A stretch of DNA of 38,460 nucleotides from a virus. Lineage: Duplodnaviria; Heunggongvirae; Uroviricota; Caudoviricetes. Location of the stretch: IMG/VR virus record IMGVR_UViG_3300045911_000760; one strand, written 5' to 3'. Positions 9,180 through 15,626 of the stretch are shown here, piece by piece; within the stretch, counting starts at the first letter, position 1; each line of letters opens with the position of its first letter. The translations under genes were made by a program, and so were the position numbers. A model generated the notes under the pieces. The model was not told the origin of the DNA and did not search any database. It worked only from the letters and a program-made list of their open reading frames with translations.

Positions 9180-10678
9180 GCGACCCTCCAGGCAAAAGGG
9201 CGCCGCGCTCTCACGGCAGTCACGTCTCGGCGGCTACTCACGAGAAAGTCACTCGGTTTCACCGCTCGCATCACCCCCGACGTTCGGGGAGCACTCGATC
9301 CACTTCGTGCCATAGCCGGCGTCCTTCCGCCGCGTGGACATGCTGCTCGGGATGGGCCCACGTATGCCCCGAGCTTCCCGCGAGTGATCAGCTCGCGACG
9401 GGCCGGCGTGACGCGGCCCTTCTCCCGTTTTTGGGTAGCGCCCTGCCGCGTGTCGAACACGGGACCCCCGGGGGCCGCACCTGCCAGGACTACCCGATAA
9501 CGCACGGGACTAGCGCGCCCAGATTCCTTAACGCTGTTGTCGCCGCGTTTGGATACTGGATAGGTCAACTCGCGGGCCTCCGCCGAGGGGCTTGAACCCT
9601 CGTGCACAACTAAGCGCGTCCGCAAAGTCGTGGGCCCACCTGGCGCGGAGAAGATTGCCCCGAAAGCGCCGCCGCTCGGGACCACACGGTTGCTCCTAGC
9701 GCTCACCCAAGCGCTGTTCGGCGCGGTGGACCCGCGGGGAATCGAACCCCGGTCCGCGAAGTCTCGAATCTCACCCTCGCTCACGCGCGTAGCTGCATTC
9801 AAGGCAAGCAGCGGCCCTAGACGCCTGGGGGTCGGCGCCTCCACCACCGTCAGGTTCTCGGCCACGGATCGACGGACTTCCGGGGCCCCGCTCGTGTGAT
9901 GACGCTGGAGAGCTACTCGAGCTCCTGGCGCTCCAACGCTCTCAGGCCGCAGCCTCGAGAGGAGTGACGTTGTCGTTTGCGACTGTGTCGTGCCCAAAGT
10001 GATCACGGCGGTATGGGCGCCCGCCGGCGCGGTCAGGTGAGCCCGTCGCTCCACGTCGAAGCCTGTCGGACCCTGGTTGCTGTCTCTCCGGCTGTCACGG
10101 CGCGAGTCACAGTCCCCTGCCGTTGGGTCGCCTACGCAGACTCGTTGCGTCTTCCGGGGTTGCAGGCCCGCTCTCCCGGTTGAAGCATCGTCGATGCTCT
10201 CGCGAGCAACAGGCCGCTGACACGAAGAGGATGCCGTCTCTCCGGCTGTCACGTCTCGCGCTACTCTCACCGCTGGCCTAGGACGCGGCCTCTCGTCTCC
10301 GACGTTCGAACATTCGAGCGCTCCACAGGCTGGGGTCGAACCAGCGACCAGTCGGTTAACAGCCGACCGCTCTACCACTGAGCTACCGTGGATCGATGCC
10401 GCGTTCCCCAAGGAGGCCGAGAATCCCCTGGAGCAAGTGCACGCGGCGGCACGTTCCCTTACGGGGTTCAGCGGGTACCGGCCTGCCACGGGTTTGCCCC
10501 GCTTCACGGCCGGGGCCCTCGCCCCTCGGCTTTCGGAATTCTTCAGTAGCAAGGACGCATGATGCACCTCCTTCGTCTGCGTCTCCTTGCAGGGGCACTC
10601 GTCGGCTTCAGGAGCCCACAGGAGCGCACCGAGCAGGGACAAGAACAGCGCGATCACCGCCGCGAAGAGCGTCTTCAT
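9176..10678 (-). CDS. ORF with N-terminal TM/signal segment (MKTLFAAVIALF) that stays open across the RNA cluster
   Basis: Start overlaps the upstream stop (ATGA) and stop overlaps the next start (GTGATG). Beyond about 45 aa the sequence is R/A/G/S-rich and not protein-like. Confidence 0.35.
   Translation of the reverse strand: MKTLFAAVIALFLSLLGALLWAPEADECPCKETQTKEVHHASLLLKNSESRGARAPAVKRGKPVAGRYPLNPVRERAAACTCSRGFSASLGNAASIHGSSVVERSAVNRLVAGSTPACGALECSNVGDERPRPRPAVRVARDVTAGETASSSCQRPVARESIDDASTGRAGLQPRKTQRVCVGDPTAGDCDSRRDSRRDSNQGPTGFDVERRAHLTAPAGAHTAVITLGTTQSQTTTSLLSRLRPESVGAPGARVALQRHHTSGAPEVRRSVAENLTVVEAPTPRRLGPLLALNAATRVSEGEIRDFADRGSIPRGSTAPNSAWVSARSNRVVPSGGAFGAIFSAPGGPTTLRTRLVVHEGSSPSAEARELTYPVSKRGDNSVKESGRASPVRYRVVLAGAAPGGPVFDTRQGATQKREKGRVTPARRELITRGKLGAYVGPSRAACPRGGRTPAMARSGSSAPRTSGVMRAVKPSDFLVSSRRDVTAVRARRPFAWRVA
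9202..9241 (-). repeat. Repeated RNA motif, copy C
   Basis: GTGAGTAGCCGCCGAGACGTGACTGCCGTGAGAGCGCGGC. Confidence 0.75.
9202..9420 (-). ncRNA. Structured RNA domain, possibly GOLLD-like
   Basis: Hairpin GGGCCG-CGTCACGC-CGGCCC whose loop is complementary to CGTGAC near the 3' end; CGG-TGAAA-CCG hairpin; ends in the repeated motif. Confidence 0.5.
9433..9495 (-). ncRNA. tRNA-like mini-element 2 (acceptor-like stem, hairpin, T-arm)
   Basis: GGGTA-GTCCTG-GCAGGTGC-GGCCC/CCGG/GGGTC-CCGTG-TTCGACA-CGCGG-CAGGGC-G-CTACCC. Confidence 0.45.
9577..9650 (-). ncRNA. tRNA-like mini-element 1 with tmRNA TLD geometry
   Basis: CTCCGCG-CCAGGTGGGCCC-ACGACT...AGTTGT-GCAC-GAGGG-TTCAAGC-CCCTC-GGCGGAG-G. Confidence 0.65.
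9725..10073 (-). ncRNA. ssrA: Phage-encoded tmRNA
   Basis: 5' GGGTCCG pairs with 3' CGGGTCC-ACC including G3.U70; stemless D-loop ACAGGCTTCGAC; T-arm CGGGG-TTCGATT-CCCCG; internal tag frame; 349 nt. Confidence 0.97.
9942..9980 (-). other. tmRNA tag reading frame, ANDNVTPLEAAA*
   Basis: GCA AAC GAC AAC GTC ACT CCT CTC GAG GCT GCG GCC TGA. Confidence 0.93.
10079..10099 (-). repeat. Repeated RNA motif, copy A (partial), just upstream of the tmRNA 5' end
   Basis: CGTGACAGCCGGAGAGACAGC. Confidence 0.8.
10233..10270 (-). repeat. Repeated RNA motif, copy B
   Basis: GTGAGAGTAGCGCGAGACGTGACAGCCGGAGAGACGGC. Confidence 0.8.
10321..10392 (-). tRNA. Phage tRNA-Asn(GTT)
   Basis: TCCACGG-TA-GCTC-AGTGGTA-GAGC-G-GTCGG-CTGTTAA-CCGAC-TGGTC-GCTGG-TTCGACC-CCAGC-CTGTGGA-G; canonical cloverleaf, no CCA. 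Confidence 0.97.
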
Positions 10679-10875
10679 GCGTCCTCCCGAGTGATCCTGC
10701 ACGCGCCGAACGGTGGATTGCCCGGCAAGCACGCAGCCCGCCACGCCTCGAACGCAGTCGTGATCGGGTAACCGGTGAGCTCGACGCGGTCGCACTCGCG
10801 CTCGTCCGTACCAGGCACGTCGTGCCAGGGACCCTCGACTATCCAGGTCGGACTAGACGCGCGCGATTGGGTCAC
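10675..10875 (-). CDS. Hypothetical phage protein
   Basis: 66 aa, coupled to neighbours by GTGA/ATGA overlaps. Confidence 0.55.
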   Translation of the reverse strand: MTQSRASSPTWIVEGPWHDVPGTDERECDRVELTGYPITTAFEAWRAACLPGNPPFGACRITREDA

Positions 10876-11174
10876 GACGCGGCAAGCTCCTCAGTTGCGA
10901 GGGTGTAGCCGAGTCCAGCGAGCGAGGCCCGCGCCCCACCGTTATGCACGGTCGACCCGGGGAGCCGCCCGAAAGCCACGACGTCGCCGCGGTCGTTCGA
11001 CTCCAGCAAGCTGGCGCCAGCCCCGTTCGGCACGGCGAGCACGAAGTAGATGGGGTGCTGCTCCACCTGCCCGCGACGGTCGAAGCGGAAGCCCATGATC
11101 GGATTGCTCAGCCGATAGAGCTTCCAGCTCACGTCGTGAACGACCCGCGTGTCTTCGAGAAATGCCTGCCTCAC
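10872..11174 (-). CDS. Hypothetical phage protein
   Basis: 100 aa, ATGA overlap upstream. Confidence 0.6.
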   Translation of the reverse strand: MRQAFLEDTRVVHDVSWKLYRLSNPIMGFRFDRRGQVEQHPIYFVLAVPNGAGASLLESNDRGDVVAFGRLPGSTVHNGGARASLAGLGYTLATEELAAS

Positions 11175-11380
11175 CTCCAGATCCTTTCTCCCCCGTCACA
11201 CTCCCACTCGTGCCGGAGCCGCGTTGCATCCGACCTGACGACGCCGGTTTCCCGGCAGCGGTTCGTCTGTCGATACGCCTCCCAGTCGGTCGCCCTCAGA
11301 ACGTGGGCGACGCTCACCGCGACCGTGGAGAACGCCATGCTGACGGCGATGACCAGGACCGCAGTATCCGACCGGCTCAA
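11171..11380 (-). CDS. Small membrane protein
   Basis: TTG start overlaps the upstream stop; hydrophobic AVLVIAVSMAFSTVAVSVAHV. Confidence 0.55.
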   Translation of the reverse strand: MSRSDTAVLVIAVSMAFSTVAVSVAHVLRATDWEAYRQTNRCRETGVVRSDATRLRHEWECDGGERIWR

Positions 11381-11724
11381 GCGGCCTCCTTCAACTCGCC
11401 CTCTTCCACGCGAGGCGCCGCGACCATGCGCTCTGCCGCGGCAACGAGTTCGCGGCCGAGGGCCGCAGCGAAGCGAGGGCACCGGAGAGCCTCTTCGAGG
11501 ATCCCGAGGTCCACCTGGCCCTTCTCGCGACGTCGAACGGTGCGCTCGTGGGAACCGATGGACTCGGCAAGTTCGATCTGACCGAGGCCGACGGCAGCAC
11601 GCGATCGACGGAGGACGATCGCGGCCACCTGGTGCGGCGTTTGAGGGACGAGGCGTAGACCGGACGTTGATGCCCGTCCCAGACCCCGCAGCAGACGTAG
11701 GGTAGGGCCATGACTCCGCGTCAT
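11377..11724 (-). CDS. XRE-type HTH protein in CII-like position
   Basis: RAAVGLGQIELAESIGSHERTVRRREKG; ATG overlaps the cro stop. Confidence 0.65.
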   Translation of the reverse strand: MTRSHGPTLRLLRGLGRASTSGLRLVPQTPHQVAAIVLRRSRAAVGLGQIELAESIGSHERTVRRREKGQVDLGILEEALRCPRFAAALGRELVAAAERMVAAPRVEEGELKEAA

Positions 11725-12038
11725 GTGACTGGCCCTCCAGGAGGACTGTCTGGAGCCCGCTCGGAGTCCGTTGGGGCCGCGAGCACACCACGGACACCGG
11801 CTAGCGCCCGGTCCCTCTTCTCCCGTTCGGTTTTGGTTTCCCACGCTTCCGGCGAGATTCCGGTGAGCTCGAAGATGGCATCTCGGTACTGGGGAGCGGG
11901 GCGACTCTCGCCCCGGACCCAAGCGGCGACCGCGGGCTGCGTCACATCGAGAACCTTCGCCAGGAAGCCCTGAGACCGTGTTTTCTCGGCCCGCATCCAC
12001 TTTCGGAGGAGAGCTCTCCCTTCGGTACGTTCAGCCAC
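11721..12038 (-). CDS. Cro-like XRE regulator
   Basis: SQGFLAKVLDVTQPAVAAWVRGESRP HTH; GTG at 12038 lies at the predicted TSS (probably leaderless). Confidence 0.8.
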   Translation of the reverse strand: MAERTEGRALLRKWMRAEKTRSQGFLAKVLDVTQPAVAAWVRGESRPAPQYRDAIFELTGISPEAWETKTEREKRDRALAGVRGVLAAPTDSERAPDSPPGGPVT

Positions 12039-12044
12039 GAACCA

Positions 12045-12103
12045 AAGCATAATTATGACAAAGCCAGGCGTCAACGGGATTGCGCTTCCCAATCATAGTT
12101 ATG
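12045..12103. promoter_or_regulatory. Putative repressor operators
   Basis: CATAATTATG (12048-12057) and CATAGTTATG (12094-12103) between divergent HTH genes. Confidence 0.7.
12046..12074 (-). promoter_or_regulatory. Leftward promoter of the cro operon
   Basis: Minus-strand TTGACG (12074-12069), 17 bp, TATGCT (12051-12046); overlaps palindrome CATAATTATG. Confidence 0.75.
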
Positions 12104-12126
12104 GGTCAGCCCGCTATGTTCCCCCC

Positions 12127-12720
12127 GTGACCAAGGGCAAGCAGACCGGTCGGCCCGGGCTGAGCGACTCCGAGGCGAAGCGGGTTCGGGACCTCCTCCA
12201 GAGGCTCCTAGACGAGGGGGAGTTTGAGAATCTGACGCAGCTCGCGAGGGCGCTGGAACGGACTCAGCCCGCGGTGACTCAGCTGTTGGCCGGAACCAAC
12301 AAGGCGAGCTTCGAAACGCTCAAGCGCGTTGCCGGCGTAGCGAGGGTCCCGTACGCAAGTCTCCTTGACGGCGGTTCTCCTCCCGACCTCCTCCGCGTCT
12401 CCGACTCCCGCACCGTCGAGTACGACCCGCGCTACCCCAACCGGTCAGAGGCTATCGACGTCCTCATCCGAGCCGGCGAGGACCGCGAGGAGGTCGAACA
12501 GGCGGCCGACGCCGTAGCCGTGGCCCTGTCCAGCGCCGAGGACCTCAGCACGCTCGACTGGCTCGACGACATCCGTGCCGAGCTCCGCCGGCTACGTCGC
12601 GGCGGGGGCAGGGTGGGGGCGCGGCAGGTCACGCCGGATGAGGCCCGGGCGGCCCAGGATGAGACGGCGCGGCGGTTCGAGGCGGCGCTGAAGCCGAAGG
12701 GGCGGGGGCGGAAGGGCTAA
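12127..12720 (+). CDS. CI-like repressor (XRE HTH, no evident S24 domain)
   Basis: NLTQLARALERTQPAVTQLLAGTNKASFETLKRVA; GTG at 12127 follows -10-like TATGTT (12115-12120); start inferred. Confidence 0.75.
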   Translation: MTKGKQTGRPGLSDSEAKRVRDLLQRLLDEGEFENLTQLARALERTQPAVTQLLAGTNKASFETLKRVAGVARVPYASLLDGGSPPDLLRVSDSRTVEYDPRYPNRSEAIDVLIRAGEDREEVEQAADAVAVALSSAEDLSTLDWLDDIRAELRRLRRGGGRVGARQVTPDEARAAQDETARRFEAALKPKGRGRKG

Positions 12721-12743
12721 CCCGGCCAGGTGACCAGGACGAA

Positions 12744-12773
12744 ACCCACCTTTCGGCGCTCCGGAAGGTGGGT
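12744..12773 (+). terminator. 13-bp hairpin after the repressor gene
   Basis: ACCCACCTTTCGG-CGCT-CCGGAAGGTGGGT; no U-tract. Confidence 0.45.
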
Positions 12774-12888
12774 CAGGTCCCAAATGTCACCTGAATTGTG
12801 GTGCCTTCGCCGCGGCGAATGGCTACGCTTGTAGTCACGGGGTCCGCTGGAGGGCCTCGGTTCCACCTCTACGGCGGAGCTTTGTCCG

Positions 12889-13374
12889 ATGAACGCACTG
12901 GTCAAGCCACTCTGGAAAGACATGCGGGAACGGCGTGTGAAGCCCCTGGAGCTTCTCACGGAGCTCGGGCTTTCGGAGCCGCCGGTGGACCCGTTCTTCA
13001 TCGCGCGCGCCCTGGGCGTGACGGTCGAATGCGACGATTTCCCTTACGAGGGGGCCCTCGACTCGACCGGCGCGAGCCCGGTGATCCACGTTCGGGCATC
13101 GGACATCACGCCACGGCAGCGGTTCACGGCGGCCCACGAGCTCGGGCACCTCATCCTCCACCCGTTGGGCGAGTTCTTCCGAGACGAGAAGTTGGGTGGG
13201 CGTCGAGGTCTCCGCGAGGTGCAAGCGAACCGGTACGCCGCAGAGCTGCTGATGCCGGCGCTGTGGGTCCGCGAACGCCTGTGGCGCGGCGAGAAATTCG
13301 ACGACCTGATGGCAACGTTCGGTGTCTCACGCTCGGCACTGATGGCCCGGCTGGAGGCGCTTGCCGCATTCTGA
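12889..13374 (+). CDS. ImmA/IrrE-family metallopeptidase
   Basis: PVDPFFIARALG...RQRFTAAHELGHL...EVQANRYAAELLMP. Confidence 0.88.
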   Translation: MNALVKPLWKDMRERRVKPLELLTELGLSEPPVDPFFIARALGVTVECDDFPYEGALDSTGASPVIHVRASDITPRQRFTAAHELGHLILHPLGEFFRDEKLGGRRGLREVQANRYAAELLMPALWVRERLWRGEKFDDLMATFGVSRSALMARLEALAAF

Positions 13375-13789
13375 CCCGGACGGACTCGATCTAGGTGTCG
13401 AGAGCGGGACCCGCGCCCTTGGGCTCGCGGCGGTGCGCTCTGCGGAGGGAAAAACAAGCCACGCCGAGGAGCTGAGATCGATCGGGGCAATCCTGGGCTT
13501 CGTGCTCGCTGCCGTTGTCCCTCTTGTGGCTATCGTGGCCGAGGTCGTATTCGACAAGCTCGATGGCTGGCAGCGGATCATCCTCTGGTTGGGCAGCGTC
13601 GCCTACAGCGTTGGCGTGTACACGGCGGCCCAGAAGCTGACCTTGCCCATCTACGAGTACCTTCTCCTTGAGTCGGTGCGGCGCGGAACCGACAAGGAAG
13701 CCGTCCCCCGCGAGTCGCTGAAGACAGCGGTTGATCTCGTGGGGAACGTAGCTGAGGCCGTCGGTAAGGCGGCTAAGGGTGCATCCTAA
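13361..13789 (+). CDS. Two-TM membrane protein (possible superinfection exclusion); start uncertain
   Basis: Hydrophobic IGAILGFVLAAVVPLVAIVA and IILWLGSVAYSVGV; lies in the immunity region. Confidence 0.55.
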   Translation: MPHSDPDGLDLGVESGTRALGLAAVRSAEGKTSHAEELRSIGAILGFVLAAVVPLVAIVAEVVFDKLDGWQRIILWLGSVAYSVGVYTAAQKLTLPIYEYLLLESVRRGTDKEAVPRESLKTAVDLVGNVAEAVGKAAKGAS

Positions 13790-14418
13790 AGCGGGCACAC
13801 GGCCTGAGCCCGCATCGCCACGCGCCGCCGGTCGTCCCTGAGCCGCGCCTTCCGCAGGCCGGGCACTGACCCGCGCCGCGCCGCCAGCTCCCGCAGCCCG
13901 GGCTCTCCGGGCCATCCGTAGTCGTCGCCTCGCAGGTAGACGAGCTGCGGGGTCACGAGCGCCGTCGGAGTCCCGCTGACCTCACCCTGGCGGAGCACGG
14001 CGCAGCTCTGGGTCACGTCAAAGGCCAGGGCCAGGCCTGGGAAGTCGAGGCCCGCCCGGAGCGCTCGAGCTGCCGCCCGGCGGGGCGCGATGAGCCGCGC
14101 GGCCAGCGCGTCGGATAGCAACTCGACCCGTTCGGAGCGGCACCCGTCCCGCCGGAGGATCCACTCGGCGAGTTCGTGGGCGGTCAGCCAGCGCAGGTCG
14201 GTGCCCCGAGCGCGCGAGCGGACGTAGAGCCGCCAAGACGCCCCGACACGCGCGAGCGCCGCCGGCGTCCTCAGCCCAGGGCAGACATCGACCGGCACTG
14301 CCTGCCCCGTGCCGAGTAGTAGGCGCGCCAGTTCGATGGGCGCCACGGGCGTATCCGGGTCGAGCCCCGCCGCCCTATACGCCCAGTCCGCGAGCCCTTC
14401 CAGGTCTCCAAGCTCCAT
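13786..14418 (-). CDS. Second ImmA/IrrE-like protein with altered motif
   Basis: TPVAPIELARLLLG...LRWLTAHELAEW...ALAARLIAP; HExxE instead of HExxH. Confidence 0.65.
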   Translation of the reverse strand: MELGDLEGLADWAYRAAGLDPDTPVAPIELARLLLGTGQAVPVDVCPGLRTPAALARVGASWRLYVRSRARGTDLRWLTAHELAEWILRRDGCRSERVELLSDALAARLIAPRRAAARALRAGLDFPGLALAFDVTQSCAVLRQGEVSGTPTALVTPQLVYLRGDDYGWPGEPGLRELAARRGSVPGLRKARLRDDRRRVAMRAQAVCPL

Positions 14419-14544
14419 GCGGCCATGGAACCTCCATGGGCAGGCCGTCCGGAAGTGACGTCCGTTAAGGTGGGACAAGAAACGTCCGGGCGCAGAACGG
14501 ATGTAGGCAAGGGTGCGAGCAATCTGCGGACGCTACCAAAGTTT

Positions 14545-14590
14545 GGTTATGACCCTCTTGACGAGGTCGGAGCATAAGCATAATTATGAC
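14545..14590 (+). promoter_or_regulatory. Rightward early promoter/operator
   Basis: TTGACG (14558-14563), CATAAT-like -10 (spacing suboptimal); AAGCATAATTATGAC (14576-14590) is identical to 12045-12059. Confidence 0.6.
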
Positions 14591-14596
14591 CTCAAG

Positions 14597-14794
14597 ATGA
14601 ACGGCTCCCTGGTGCCCACGGTCCCCGCCGCAGCTTGCCCGCTTGAGGCGTACTCCGACGCCTGGCACGCGAACGACCCGCGCGCGTTGGTGATGTTCCG
14701 GTCCCGCCTGGCTCAGCTGGTGACCAACTCGGACGTGCGGGAACTGGGGAAGGCTCTACTTCGCGAGCGCGCTGGCGAGGAGGCACTCCCGTGA
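14597..14794 (+). CDS. Hypothetical protein, first gene of rightward operon
   Basis: ATG right after the operator; stop overlaps next GTG. Confidence 0.55.
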   Translation: MNGSLVPTVPAAACPLEAYSDAWHANDPRALVMFRSRLAQLVTNSDVRELGKALLRERAGEEALP

Positions 14795-14985
14795 GCTCCT
14801 GGAGCTGGACCCCGGTCGAGGGTGGGTACCGAGCGACGGACGGGCGGGCGAGTCTCGCCAAGGTTGCCGGGACGAAGAAGTGGGTGCTGTCGCTTCGCGA
14901 CGGGCGGCAATTCCCTCTCCCTCGTCGGGCATCGTTCGACCACGCTGAGCAGATCCTCGCTCGTGAGCTTGGGGGTGCCGCGTGA
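14791..14985 (+). CDS. Hypothetical phage protein
   Basis: 64 aa, GTGA coupled. Confidence 0.6.
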   Translation: MSSWSWTPVEGGYRATDGRASLAKVAGTKKWVLSLRDGRQFPLPRRASFDHAEQILARELGGAA

Positions 14986-15626
14986 CCTGGCAGCCGAACC
15001 CGCGCCGGTCTCGTCCTCATCGCCACACGGCGGAGAGCTTCTGGTCCAAGGTGGACGTTGGGTCCGACGACCAGTGCTGGGAATGGAAGGGGCCCCGGAC
15101 GTCGCGCGGATACGGAGCAATCACCTTCCACAAGAAGTCTTGGAGAGCCCATCGGCTGGCCTGGACCTTGAAGAACGGCGAAATCCCGAGCGGGCTGTTC
15201 GTTTGCCACCACTGCGACAACCCCCCTTGTTGCAACCCGAAGCACCTGTTCTTGGGAACCAGCGCCGACAACTGCGCTGATGCCAAATCCAAGGGACGCG
15301 TGCCTTCCGGTGAGCGGCACCCATCGCGCGTCCACGGCACGGGCTACATGCCTCGTGGGGACCAGCACCCCCTGCGTCGAAACCCAGAGCTTGCCGCGCG
15401 CGGTGAACGCAACGGTAGCGCGACGCTCTCGGAGGAGCAGGCCCTAGAGATCATCCGACGTCGCGCCGATGGGGATAGGTCGGTCGAACTGGCGCGCTGC
15501 TACGGCGTCTCCCAAAAGACCATCAAGTCCATCGTGGCGGGCCGAAGCTGGGCTCATCTCCCAAGGCCGTCCCGTGCCGCCGTGGGGCAGGGTCCACGCC
15601 CGCTCCACTCCAAGGAGGAGTCGTGA
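14982..15626 (+). CDS. HNH endonuclease with C-terminal HTH
   Basis: FWSKVD...CWEWKG...RAHRLAW...[20 protein letters not shown]. Confidence 0.9.
   Translation: MTWQPNPRRSRPHRHTAESFWSKVDVGSDDQCWEWKGPRTSRGYGAITFHKKSWRAHRLAWTLKNGEIPSGLFVCHHCDNPPCCNPKHLFLGTSADNCADAKSKGRVPSGERHPSRVHGTGYMPRGDQHPLRRNPELAARGERNGSATLSEEQALEIIRRRADGDRSVELARCYGVSQKTIKSIVAGRSWAHLPRPSRAAVGQGPRPLHSKEES

Noticed and set aside
9725-10073. ssrA as the integration target of a nested island
   Set aside because: No repeat of the ssrA 3' end and no second integrase were seen, and flanking genes form one continuous coupled operon.
10296-10315. T-loop-like TTCGAA just after tRNA-Asn
   Set aside because: Only a 3-bp stem with no acceptor pairing; not called as a tRNA.
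9180-10560. Group II intron or retron ncRNA
   Set aside because: No domain V consensus and no reverse transcriptase in the window.
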